From contig CAXXXF010000015.1 in assembly GCA_963667175.2 (NCBI GenBank), positions 160,001 through 224,000 on the forward strand: a stretch of 64,000 bases of DNA, read 5' to 3'. Made by a program: the position numbers and the translations under genes. This document shows positions 39,888 to 49,438 of the stretch, piece after piece. How positions within the stretch are numbered: position 1 is the stretch's first letter; each line of letters opens with the position of its first letter. The notes under the pieces are model-generated. The model was not told the origin of the DNA, searched no databases, and saw nothing but the letters and a program-made list of their open reading frames with translations. Source of the stretch: Candidatus Latescibacterota bacterium. GTDB lineage: Bacteria; Latescibacterota; UBA2968; GCA-2709665.

Positions 39888-40997
39888 TCACGGGCCTCGG
39901 GTTCCCGGTACCACGGCATCCTTCACCCGTGCCGTGTAGAACAGATCCGGTCCGCACCAATCCACGTCCACGTCATGCAGAAGAATCGCATCGGCCATTC
40001 TTGTTATCCCCAGATCGCCAACCGAATCAATCCCTCTACCGAGAATCGCGGGGGCGATAAACACGGCCAGCCGGTCGATCAACCGGTCCCGCATCGCGGA
40101 CGCCGCCACGGAACCGCCGCCTTCGATCAACACGTGCGTGATTCCTTCGCCGCCCGCGCGGGAAAGCACTTCTCGCAGCCGGGGCCTGCCATCCAGGTGC
40201 GAACAGACCCAGACGCGAGCGCCGCGTTCCTTCATCGCTTCGACTCTTTTTTTTGAAACCCCTTGCGCCGCGGCAAGAATCAGCGGCGCCCCTTCGAATA
40301 CCCTTGCGTCCCGTGACGTCTCGAGGCGGCCGTCCAGCACGATTTTCATCGGATCGGGGCCGTCCAGGTGACGAACCGACAGCAGCGGATCGTCCGCGTC
40401 GACCGTTCGCCGCCCTACGATCACCGCCGTTGCCTCAGCACGCAACCCGTGAGCGCGGATTCGGGACACGTCGGAGGAAATCCATCTTGATTCGCGCGTA
40501 GCGGTCGCGATCCGGCCATCGAGGGTCTGCGCCAGCTTCAGGGTAACGAAAGGCAACCCCGTCGTCCGGTGTTTGACGAAAGCCTCGTTCAGTCGCCGCG
40601 CCTCGTCCTCGAGCACGCCGACTTCCACCCGTATGCCCGCCTCGCGCAAGCGGCGGATTCCTCTGCCCGACGTCCGTTTATCCGGATCCACCATCCCACA
40701 CACGACCCGCGCCACTCCCTTTCGGATCAACAGATCGACGCACGGCGGCGTTCGGCCTGTATGAGCGCACGGCTCAAGCGTCACGTAGAGCGTGACGTCC
40801 GGCGTTCCGGCGGCGACGTCTTCGAGCGCATACACCTCCGCGTGCGGTTTCCCGGACTCCGGATAGTGCCCCTTTCCGACAACCTGCCCGTTCCTGACGG
40901 CCACCGCGCCCACCAGGGCGCCGTCCCGAACCCGACCGCGTCCTTTCTCGGCCAGCGACAATGCCAGCCGCATATAATCCGCATCCGTCATCACCAT
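39888..40997 (-). CDS. ribD: Bifunctional deaminase/reductase of riboflavin synthesis
   Basis: HAE, TLEPCAHTGRTPPC, AQTLDGRIA, EGGG. Confidence 0.95.
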   Translation of the reverse strand: MVMTDADYMRLALSLAEKGRGRVRDGALVGAVAVRNGQVVGKGHYPESGKPHAEVYALEDVAAGTPDVTLYVTLEPCAHTGRTPPCVDLLIRKGVARVVCGMVDPDKRTSGRGIRRLREAGIRVEVGVLEDEARRLNEAFVKHRTTGLPFVTLKLAQTLDGRIATATRESRWISSDVSRIRAHGLRAEATAVIVGRRTVDADDPLLSVRHLDGPDPMKIVLDGRLETSRDARVFEGAPLILAAAQGVSKKRVEAMKERGARVWVCSHLDGRPRLREVLSRAGGEGITHVLIEGGGSVAASAMRDRLIDRLAVFIAPAILGRGIDSVGDLGITRMADAILLHDVDVDWCGPDLFYTARVKDAVVPGTRGP

Positions 40998-41003
40998 CCC
41001 GTG

Positions 41004-43076
41004 TTACTTCACGTCCACCATCGCCTTGCCGACCCCCACGTTGCCAAGCGCATCGGTCGCGCGGACCACCACCGTATGTTCTCCCGAGGTTAGCTCCCGA
41101 AGTTCGAAACGCAGGGTTTCCGTCCTGGAATCGAAGATCCGATCAACCGGAAAAACCACCTTCCAGTCACCCGAATTCACCGCGTAGTCCGCCTTCCACA
41201 GCGGGCTCGCATCGTCATTCAGCGTTCCCTCGACGAGTACGGTCCCCCCCGCAACGGCCTGTATCTGAAGCCGGACCGTGGGCGGGGTGTGGTCAAGATC
41301 GAACGGCTCACTGATCTTCTCACCCGCCATTGCCAGTTCTTCCGGGTTCGCCAGCCGGTCCGACGCCACCACCCGGACCAGCATCGTACCCTCGGGGGCA
41401 GACTCGGTATGCCAGTCGTAGGCATTTGCAAGCAGGTCTTCCTCCAGGAGTTTCCAGGTTTTCTCGGAGCGACCCCTGTAATATAACGCGTACACCAGCC
41501 GGTCGTCATTTGCGTCTTCGGCCTTCCAGGAGATTCGCCAGACGCCTCTGGCGTACCCCTGCGCCTGCCTGCCGTTCCCGGCGTCATTCGGCGCGGCGCC
41601 GTTACCCTGGGCGTCAAGGGGTGAAACGGCGAGCGCAGTCACCCGCGGGCCCATGTTTTCCTGGAGGCCCACCAGACTCACCTCTCGAATCATCGGCGTC
41701 GCCGCGCCCGCCGCCGAACTCAACTCGGCACGATACTGCAGGAATCGGGCGGGCGGGCTGGATATCTGACCGCCCTGGTCGACTGTAGACCACCCACTCC
41801 ATGTATCGTCCGGTTTCTTGCTGTTTCCCGAACGGGTCCGGAATTGAATCGACGCGCCCCTGGCGGTCTCAGAATTCCACCTCATCCTGCCCCATTTCGA
41901 AACCAGATAGAAATCTCTCGCCCGGGATTCCAGGCTGCCTTCGCGCGCGTATGACGTACCCAACCGGTACACTCTCCCGGCGCCCGCGGTTCCCACCCAA
42001 ACCTCGCCGGTCGCGGACCTGCAGAATGCCCATGGTTGTACGTCTTTAAGTCGGGTCAACAGCGTGGCACGACCGCTAAGGTCCACGCGATAAATGCTCC
42101 CGCTGTCACCCGTGAGCGCGGTAATCTCTGCATCGTCTGCATGTAACGCCAGGAGCATCGGCTCTTCCACGTCCCAGAGACGAACCGTCGCGCCCGATGG
42201 CCGTATGGCGTACAACACGGAACCCTGTTGCGAGGCAGACGATCCCTGACCCTTGGCGGCCTGCTGCGACCCAGCCTTTCCGCCCCCCTTGGAACGCCTG
42301 GACATCGCGCCCGCAAACAGGATCCCGTCCGGTCCCATCGCCAGCGCATGGATCTCATCTTCCTCCGCGTCGTACAACACTTCCACTCGTCCCTGCGCGT
42401 TGACCCGGTAGACCAGCCCGCTCTGATCCGTACCCGCGTACACCCGGCCGTCGGCGTCCCGAATCAGCGAAACCACGTTGTGGTCTTCGCTCTGATAGAT
42501 CTCGTCGACCTTTCCGGCCGAAGAGATTCGCAGGATGCGTCCGTGTCGCCCGCCGGTGGCCGCGTACAGGCCTCCCCGTCCATCCGGCGCCAGCGCCCAG
42601 ACGTGCTCATTTCCCGTCCGACAGAACAGTTCCGGCTCTTTGCCCGGAACAACCCTGTACACAATACCGTCCGGGGAGGAGCCGGCATAGAGCGTCCCGT
42701 CCGTTCCTACGGCGAGACTGAAAATGGCCACTTCGGGAGAGTCGAACAGGAGCGTCGGCGCCTCCGAGCCGTTGGACGCAAAGATCCTTCCGCGATTGCC
42801 CGTGGCGATATACAACCGACCGTCTCTCGCTTCGGCGAGCGCCCAGACGAAATCTTCGCCCGTATCCGCTACGACCTCCACCTCGGGAGCCAGTAACACC
42901 GTGCCGTCTCTGGTTATTGAGACGCCGTCGGCTTCGCCACTGTAAAAGGCTTTATGCGACTGGTCGCGCCAGACAATCGGTTCAACGCCGTCTGCTGAGC
43001 CCGGCGGGAAGTTCAGCACGAACCAGAGGCACGCCAACAATACACGAACCTTCGGACGTCCGTTTCCCCTTTCCAA
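41004..43076 (-). CDS. Secreted beta-propeller protein with C-terminal beta-sandwich domains
   Basis: Signal peptide; repeated VWALA..DG.LY.G/AT blades; RSGNSKKPDDTWSGWS, RFLQYR; TTG start with AGGAGG RBS. Confidence 0.75.
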   Translation of the reverse strand: MERGNGRPKVRVLLACLWFVLNFPPGSADGVEPIVWRDQSHKAFYSGEADGVSITRDGTVLLAPEVEVVADTGEDFVWALAEARDGRLYIATGNRGRIFASNGSEAPTLLFDSPEVAIFSLAVGTDGTLYAGSSPDGIVYRVVPGKEPELFCRTGNEHVWALAPDGRGGLYAATGGRHGRILRISSAGKVDEIYQSEDHNVVSLIRDADGRVYAGTDQSGLVYRVNAQGRVEVLYDAEEDEIHALAMGPDGILFAGAMSRRSKGGGKAGSQQAAKGQGSSASQQGSVLYAIRPSGATVRLWDVEEPMLLALHADDAEITALTGDSGSIYRVDLSGRATLLTRLKDVQPWAFCRSATGEVWVGTAGAGRVYRLGTSYAREGSLESRARDFYLVSKWGRMRWNSETARGASIQFRTRSGNSKKPDDTWSGWSTVDQGGQISSPPARFLQYRAELSSAAGAATPMIREVSLVGLQENMGPRVTALAVSPLDAQGNGAAPNDAGNGRQAQGYARGVWRISWKAEDANDDRLVYALYYRGRSEKTWKLLEEDLLANAYDWHTESAPEGTMLVRVVASDRLANPEELAMAGEKISEPFDLDHTPPTVRLQIQAVAGGTVLVEGTLNDDASPLWKADYAVNSGDWKVVFPVDRIFDSRTETLRFELRELTSGEHTVVVRATDALGNVGVGKAMVDVK

Positions 43077-43147
43077 CGACCTCTCCTCCTGCTATTTGCA
43101 GTCTCTCTCCGCTGCCTGTCGCCCGCAACGGGCGCGACTGTGCCGGA

Positions 43148-44953
43148 CTACTTCCCTTTTCCGCCGCCGCCCTCGGTGAAAATGACGCCGTTTCGTTTTC
43201 TGTTCACGTCCAGGACAACGACCTGACTTCCAGACAACACATAGGCCGTGGGAATCCGGGTCCTTTGTACAACGGTCTGCCGAACCGGTTTTACCGCATC
43301 CGAGGAGCGGGAAAACTTAAGCGCCGAAAGTACCGAGGAAGGCAGCCTTGACAATTCGCGTCCCTCAATCGTCACGCCGGGGGCGCCGGACAGCAACTCA
43401 ACGACCAGTTCATTGTTTCGGCTGACCTGCCCCAGCAGGCGGATGAGATGATCCAGGTTTCCGGCGTTATGTTCACCCGGCGCCCGCTTGGCTTCCTGTT
43501 TGCCGTGGGCCGATGCGCTGGAAACCCGAAGAATCAGCCGACCGCCGGGCGCCCGACCAGGAATGACCAGCGCCTCCCGAATATGCTCCAGGCCGCCCCA
43601 ATAGGGCCTCAGGGAAACCGTGACGTGCACCGTATCGCCGGGCTGGTACGACGTCTTCTGCAGACCGACCGAATTGACGTGGGCGGTATGTGCCCGCTCG
43701 GCTTCAACGTCCAGGTCGAAGGTGACCCTCTCGATCTGAACGGGCTCAAAAGGATTCCGGATCAGTTGCGTCAGTGGCATCGTGACACCCGTCACAGCCT
43801 GTCCGAGGCCCAGCGGGCCGGCATAGACGTTTTCGGCCTCTATAGACGGACGCCCGCTCAGTTCAATTCTCACGCGGGACGTTACCGTCACCTCTCCAGT
43901 CAACTTCTCGGACGAAACCATCGCGCTGAATACGGCAATCCTCAAGAGCGCGGGGGTGAGGTCACGGTTTCGCAGGACCTCCATTCGGAACCGCGCCTGC
44001 TTTCCCGGGGAACGCAGATTGATCTGCGCAGGCATCATGTCCACGTCGAGCCCGACGGTTCCCGCGATGCCCGGAGCACGGTCCTGAACGATGGCGCCCA
44101 TGGTTTCACCGGCCACGCCCAGCTTGAATGACGCGTATTGGCTGGGCAATACTTCGTGAATATAGGCAGCCGTCATCGGCAACGCCGTGGCGCCGCCAAA
44201 AATCATGGAATGCCCGAAACCGACCACCCGGTCGCCGTCGCGATGGGTCAGCGTTCCGATTCCCGTAACGCTGAGATCGCCACGTACGAGTTGTACGCCA
44301 AGGGCGGCGCCGGGTTCGAATGCGCCCGAAGGCAGGCCGGGGTCCGCGCTGCCGCCACCTTGAACCGGCATCCATCCCAGTTCAGAGAATTCCCTTCGGA
44401 ATTCAGCCACCGCACGTTGCGCGAAGCCGGAGACAACGATCGGCAGGCTGATCGGCGTCAGCTCAGCTGCATCGATCCCCGTCAGATCAAGCAGTCGGCG
44501 CGCGCCGGCTTCCGGCGATCGGGCTGCCGAACGGACGCCATCCGGCGCGGACGGCCGGTTGAACAGATCAACCATGGCCGCAATTGGCGTGATCCCGGCG
44601 ATGGGTTCCTTGGCAAAAGCGCCAACCCGGTAAGACACCGCGCCGATCAGCTTTCCATCGACGTAAACCGGGCTGCCGCTCATCCCCAGGATCACCCCCG
44701 TATTTGACAGGGGGCCGCCGGACAACCGGGCGAGAATCAAGTCGCTGCGGGGCCCGATCGCGTTGTGCAGCACACCCAGGATTTCGACCTGAAACGTATC
44801 GATCCGCGTGCCCTGGAAGACCGTCCGTCCGAACCCCCGCATCCCCCTGCGAAGTTCATTTACGGGAAGGGTCGCCACAGTTCCCCAGGAATTGGCGACA
44901 ATTGCGCACCACAGCAATGCGGGAAGCGTTGTTTTCAGAAGACGCGCCAACAC
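43148..44953 (-). CDS. SpoIVB peptidase S55 domain-containing protein
   Basis: GVILGMSGSPVYVDGKLIGAV, GTLT...VGFGH, QDR..GIAG; signal peptide. Confidence 0.85.
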   Translation of the reverse strand: MLARLLKTTLPALLWCAIVANSWGTVATLPVNELRRGMRGFGRTVFQGTRIDTFQVEILGVLHNAIGPRSDLILARLSGGPLSNTGVILGMSGSPVYVDGKLIGAVSYRVGAFAKEPIAGITPIAAMVDLFNRPSAPDGVRSAARSPEAGARRLLDLTGIDAAELTPISLPIVVSGFAQRAVAEFRREFSELGWMPVQGGGSADPGLPSGAFEPGAALGVQLVRGDLSVTGIGTLTHRDGDRVVGFGHSMIFGGATALPMTAAYIHEVLPSQYASFKLGVAGETMGAIVQDRAPGIAGTVGLDVDMMPAQINLRSPGKQARFRMEVLRNRDLTPALLRIAVFSAMVSSEKLTGEVTVTSRVRIELSGRPSIEAENVYAGPLGLGQAVTGVTMPLTQLIRNPFEPVQIERVTFDLDVEAERAHTAHVNSVGLQKTSYQPGDTVHVTVSLRPYWGGLEHIREALVIPGRAPGGRLILRVSSASAHGKQEAKRAPGEHNAGNLDHLIRLLGQVSRNNELVVELLSGAPGVTIEGRELSRLPSSVLSALKFSRSSDAVKPVRQTVVQRTRIPTAYVLSGSQVVVLDVNRKRNGVIFTEGGGGKGK

Positions 44954-44990
44954 TCAGACCCTTTCGCGTCAAACGGTACGGGAGCCACGA

Positions 44991-45019
44991 AATCTACGTT
45001 GCGCCTGCGGGAATGTCAA
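44991..45019 (-). promoter_or_regulatory. sigma70 promoter of the S55 peptidase-rib-nusB-secA gene run
   Basis: Minus strand TTGACA-N17-TAGATT. Confidence 0.6.
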
Positions 45020-45247
45020 GCGTTGCAAGGTCCTAATTTCCTGTCCCGGAAACAGATTGCCGAGACTTGTCCGGCCGGTCGCCCTGCAGATACCAGATCG
45101 CGGTCCTTCGCGGCCTACGTCTCGCCCATCCGGTGGGATTGCAGATCATCGTCGGAGACCGGGTTCAATCACGCAGATATTATACCCGTTTTTGGAGAGT
45201 GGAACAAGCCCCTTGTGAAATCCCGATCTTATCCGTATCATAATCCC

Positions 45248-45718
45248 ATGCAGATCATGTTGATTGCGGTTGGCAGATGCCGCAAACCGTACCTGAGAGA
45301 AGGCGTATCGGACTATATCGAACGCATCGGAAGATACGCCAGCCTGGAGCATATCGAACTGAGAGAGGAACGGACCCCGAAGAAGGGCGCGGCGCAAGGC
45401 AGTCTTAACGTCGAGGCCGAACGCATTCTCCGCAACGTACCGGAGAGGGCCTATCTTGTCGCTCTGGATCCTGCCGGAGACGTTTGCACTTCCGACGCCC
45501 TCGCAAGCCGTATAGGAAGAATCGGTATTGACGGCACAAGCCGAATCGCGTTTGTCATTGGCGGCCCTACCGGCCTTTCTTCCCGGGTGACCCGGCGCGC
45601 CGACTGGCGACTTTCGCTTTCTTCCTTTACCTTTCCGCACGAAATCACCCGTCTGGTGCTTCTCGAACAGATCTACAGGGCATTTACCATCATACGCGGC
45701 GAACCGTATCACAGGTAG
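45248..45718 (+). CDS. rlmH: 23S rRNA pseudouridine-1915 N3-methyltransferase
   Basis: FVIGGPTG, LSSFTFPH, LLEQIYRAFTI..GEPYHR. Confidence 0.95.
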   Translation: MQIMLIAVGRCRKPYLREGVSDYIERIGRYASLEHIELREERTPKKGAAQGSLNVEAERILRNVPERAYLVALDPAGDVCTSDALASRIGRIGIDGTSRIAFVIGGPTGLSSRVTRRADWRLSLSSFTFPHEITRLVLLEQIYRAFTIIRGEPYHR

Positions 45719-45741
45719 GCGCCGCCACGGGCAATCCCCAA

Positions 45742-45982
45742 TAAAAAGCCCGGAAAACAGGTCCATCCGACAGCCGTGGAGAGATGATTCCGCCACTGGA
45801 ATCCGGCTGCCGCGAACGTCTCCTGTTTCCGGGCTTTTTAATTCAGACCGATTTGCCTGGACATACAGTTTCGGGGGAACGGAAGAAATCCGGATCCGAC
45901 AACCACGGTGAACGGCCGGAGGGGTATCGGCCAGGGGTGCGCCGGAAGATGGGTTGTCTCAATCGCATGCTCCTTGAGAGCA
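45742..45982 (-). ncRNA. Candidate ~240-nt structured sRNA (or 39-41-aa small-protein mRNA)
   Basis: Own promoter TTGACT-N17-TATCTT (46016-45988), several hairpins, ends in a 99-nt rod with U-tract. Confidence 0.4.
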
Positions 45983-46255
45983 ACTGAAAGATAAGCCATA
46001 GTTTTTTCCCAGTCAAGGGTAAGTTTGTCGTAATATACTGTTTTACATTATCTTGTGGTCTGCACGCTGAGGTATACCTTATATGGAATTTCACGTGGCG
46101 AAGCCCGGAAACCTGGTGAAGAGGCCGAACGTCCCCGCCTCCGGCGATATCTCTGGACAGGTTTCACGTCCGGCGCTATCTTCGACGTTCAGTCATGCGA
46201 GCCGGGTCTGTAGAGACCGAACTCACAAGCGTTCGTGGTTCGACACGATTCCACC

Positions 46256-47608
46256 ATGCCGCATACCCTTACGATAACCCGCGCCGCGGCGGAAATCCGG
46301 GCGGGCCGTCTTTCTCCCCGGGAACTGCTGCAGGCCTGTCTTGCGCAGATCGACGCTCTCGACGGCGGCCTGCGCGCCTGGGTCCACGTGGACAGGGAAG
46401 GGGCCCAACGTCAGGCACGGGGTCTCCAGGAGGAACTCGCCCGCGGCCGGTACCGCGGTCCCCTGCACGGAATCCCTTTGGGAATTAAGGACATCATCAA
46501 CGTGAAAGGGCTGCCTGCCACGGCTGGCGCAAGCCATCTCTACAACCTGGTACCGGAAGAAGACGCAACGGTGGTTGCCCGTTTGCGCAGGTCCGGCGCC
46601 GTCATCCTCGGCAAGACGGTGACCACGCCGTTTGCATGTTTCGACCCGGCCGAAACCAGGAACCCCTGGAAGCCCGATCATACGCCCGGCGGTTCCAGCA
46701 GCGGTTCCGCCGCAGCCGTAGCCTCGCGCATGTGTCCGGCCGCTCTCGGCTCCCAGACCGGCGGCTCCATCAGTCGTCCGGCCGCGTACTGCGGACTCGT
46801 GGGTCTCAAACCCACCTTCGGCCGTATCAGCCTGCGCGGAATCCTGCCCGTCAGCTGCGAACTCGACCATCCCGGTCCCATCACACGTTCAGTCGTCGAC
46901 GCCGCTCTGATCCTCGAAAGTCTGGCCGGCAAAGATCCGCTGGATGCGCTCAGCGCCGACGTCCCCGCCGGAGAATACCGCATCAACCCGTTGACCCGTC
47001 CGCCCCGCATCGGCGTTGTCCGTACTTATTTCCCTGAGCACGCTGACGAAACCATGCGTGCGGCAACCGACGACGCCAGACAGCGACTCGACGCCGCGGG
47101 CGCCGAATTCATCGACGTGCACATGCCGGAATCCTTCGCGGAACTGCACGAAAGTCATGCCCTGCTGCTCGCGGTTGGCGCGGCGAGCGTTCACGGGGAC
47201 AGGTATGACGCACACCGCGACCGATTTCCGCCCGGCCTGTGCGAAATCATCGAAAAGGGTCGCGCCGCCGGCGCCGTGGACTACGCCAAGGCACGACGCC
47301 ACCAGATTGCGTTCAAATCGGAGGTCCTCTCCGCTTTCGAAGGCGTGGACCTGCTCCTCACCCCCGCAACCCCCACGCCGGCGCCATCGGGCCTGGAGTC
47401 GACCGGCAACCCCGGCTTCAACAGCCCCTGGAGCTACGCCGGCCTGCCCACGACGGTCCTTCCCGTCACGTGTACCTCCCGTGGACTGCCCGCCGGCATC
47501 CAGCTGGTTGCCCGCCCCTTCGCCGAGTCCCGCCTGCTGGCCATCTCCGCCTGGTGCGAAACCCACCTCGAGTGGAACCGCGTCCCATCGATTCTCGCGG
47601 GCAATTAG
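46256..47608 (+). CDS. Amidase (amidase-signature family)
   Basis: PLHGIPLGIKD, PGGSSSGSAAAV, GSQTGGSISRPA. Confidence 0.9.
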   Translation: MPHTLTITRAAAEIRAGRLSPRELLQACLAQIDALDGGLRAWVHVDREGAQRQARGLQEELARGRYRGPLHGIPLGIKDIINVKGLPATAGASHLYNLVPEEDATVVARLRRSGAVILGKTVTTPFACFDPAETRNPWKPDHTPGGSSSGSAAAVASRMCPAALGSQTGGSISRPAAYCGLVGLKPTFGRISLRGILPVSCELDHPGPITRSVVDAALILESLAGKDPLDALSADVPAGEYRINPLTRPPRIGVVRTYFPEHADETMRAATDDARQRLDAAGAEFIDVHMPESFAELHESHALLLAVGAASVHGDRYDAHRDRFPPGLCEIIEKGRAAGAVDYAKARRHQIAFKSEVLSAFEGVDLLLTPATPTPAPSGLESTGNPGFNSPWSYAGLPTTVLPVTCTSRGLPAGIQLVARPFAESRLLAISAWCETHLEWNRVPSILAGN

Positions 47609-47612
47609 ATCC

Positions 47613-48830
47613 ATGAATCCGTATCGGGTCCTCAGGTGTCTCGCGTGGCTGCCGCTCGTTTTCCTTCCTTCCGGCGTATTTCCAGCTTCGCGCGAGGACG
47701 TCCCCAGGCACCACGCCGTCCGCCGGGGGATTGACTATATGCTCGACGAGCGGTACGCCCTGTCCCACGCCATTTTCGATTCACTCATCTCCGTGGAGCC
47801 TGAACGCCCGGAGGGCTATCTGGGCAAGGCCCTTTCGTTCTGGAACGAAAGCATGCTACTGGCGGACGGCGAACGGTTTGTCGACTCCGTCGACCACCTG
47901 ACCGGGCACGCGATCAAACTCGCCGAACGCGCGCTCAAGCGCGACGATAACAACGCGGAGATGGTCTTTCTTCTCGGCAAAGCCTACGGACTTCGCGCGG
48001 GCCTGGCGCTTATCCACGGCAGCCCCATCGACGGCGTGCTTCACGGCTTGAAATGCCGCGATTACCTGACGGAAACCATTCGTCTGGATCCGGACATGGC
48101 AGACGCCAATTTCGGACTGGGCCTCGCAGAATACGTCGCCGCCCGCCAGCCTCGATTCCTCAGGATGGTGAGCCGGCTCCTGTCGCTTCCAGACGGCAAT
48201 CGAAAACGCGGGCTCGAGCGCCTGGAGCGGGTCGCCCGGGAGGGGATCTACACGCAACGGCACGCCGTTTCGAGCCGCGCCTACATCGCCCTGTATTACG
48301 AGAAGGACTATAGCGACGCCCGCCTTCGTTTTCAGGATCTGCACCGGCGCTATCCCTACAGCCTGGATTACCGTATTCGCTTCCTGGACGCGCTCTTCGG
48401 GCTCACGATTCGAGGAAGGCGGGACTACCAACAAGCCCTGATCGACTCCGCGCGATCGATCCGTCGCCTGGCTGAATCGCGCGATTGGGACCTGAACCGC
48501 TGGTCGCGTACCAAGCTGGACTTTATCGAAGGCTTTGGTCACTATCTCACCGGCAACGCGGACGCAGCTCGCGAACGACTGGAAATCTACATCGCGGAAG
48601 CGGCCAAAAAGAGCTGGCTGCTGGGCCCCTCGCATCTCATTCTGGGCAAACTGGCCGACGTGCGAAACGACCGGGAAACCGCGATCCGCCATTACCGCCG
48701 TGCGCGAAAATACGAAGACGTATGGGGCGTCCACGACGAAGCCGCGGCCTACCTTCGGCAACCCTTCACCGGCGAGGAGCCCGTCCGGCGCCCTCCGGAC
48801 ACGGTCCGGCGATATCCCGAGAAACCTTGA
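47613..48830 (+). CDS. Secreted tetratricopeptide-repeat-like protein
   Basis: Signal peptide, helical repeats such as IRLDPDMADANFGLG; ATG 4 nt after the amidase stop. Confidence 0.7.
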   Translation: MNPYRVLRCLAWLPLVFLPSGVFPASREDVPRHHAVRRGIDYMLDERYALSHAIFDSLISVEPERPEGYLGKALSFWNESMLLADGERFVDSVDHLTGHAIKLAERALKRDDNNAEMVFLLGKAYGLRAGLALIHGSPIDGVLHGLKCRDYLTETIRLDPDMADANFGLGLAEYVAARQPRFLRMVSRLLSLPDGNRKRGLERLERVAREGIYTQRHAVSSRAYIALYYEKDYSDARLRFQDLHRRYPYSLDYRIRFLDALFGLTIRGRRDYQQALIDSARSIRRLAESRDWDLNRWSRTKLDFIEGFGHYLTGNADAARERLEIYIAEAAKKSWLLGPSHLILGKLADVRNDRETAIRHYRRARKYEDVWGVHDEAAAYLRQPFTGEEPVRRPPDTVRRYPEKP

Positions 48831-49095
48831 GACCTTATCAAAGCCGTCTGCTGACCGCCCGGCAAAGCCGGTTGCGAGATCACGATCAAATCCGTATATT
48901 ACATCAGGCGCATTCAACGGCACGCTTATCACCACGCTGACGCTTGGCAGCCCGTCGATAAGGTCTATCCGGGCTGCAATCAGGCTTCTTGTGGCGATTG
49001 ATTTCAGCCATGGATTTTTCGTTGTTTTCGCGTGTTTCGTAGTTTCTGACGTTGCCTTCCAAGTAGCTTCTTAGCGTTCGTTCGAGTGGCGGAAC

Positions 49096-49389
49096 ATGGC
49101 CGAAACGACCGATCCTCAAGCGGCTTCAACCCCGGATAACACCCATTGGGGAGTTGCCTATCTGCGCGAAGATCTGCAGGACCTGCGCCTCCAGATGCGC
49201 GAAGACGTCAAAGACCTCCGCCAGCAGATCGCCGAAACCAACAGGCGCATCGACGAGACCAATAGGCGCATCGACGAGATGAATAAGCGAATCGACCGGA
49301 CAAATGAACTCATCGGCTCCCGTTTCACCTGGCTCATTACGACCATGGTGGCGCTGGCGGGCATTCTCGCCGCCCTGATCAAACTGTGA
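49096..49389 (+). CDS. Small coiled-coil protein with C-terminal TM anchor (DUF1640/CCDC90-like)
   Basis: Heptads IAETNRR-IDETNRR-IDEMNKR-IDRTNEL then WLITTMVALAGILAALIKL. Confidence 0.7.
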   Translation: MAETTDPQAASTPDNTHWGVAYLREDLQDLRLQMREDVKDLRQQIAETNRRIDETNRRIDEMNKRIDRTNELIGSRFTWLITTMVALAGILAALIKL

Positions 49390-49438
49390 GATCCGTCTCA
49401 TACCGGGCGCACGCATGCTCGCCGAGTCGCCCCCGGCC

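Noticed and set aside
40998-45247. FMN riboswitch for the rib operon
   Set aside because: ribD is 6 nt from the upstream gene and no RFN consensus was seen upstream of the gene run.
45690-46250. Genomic island at the rlmH 3' end (a known integration hotspot)
   Set aside because: No recombinase and no repeat of the rlmH 3' end was found downstream.
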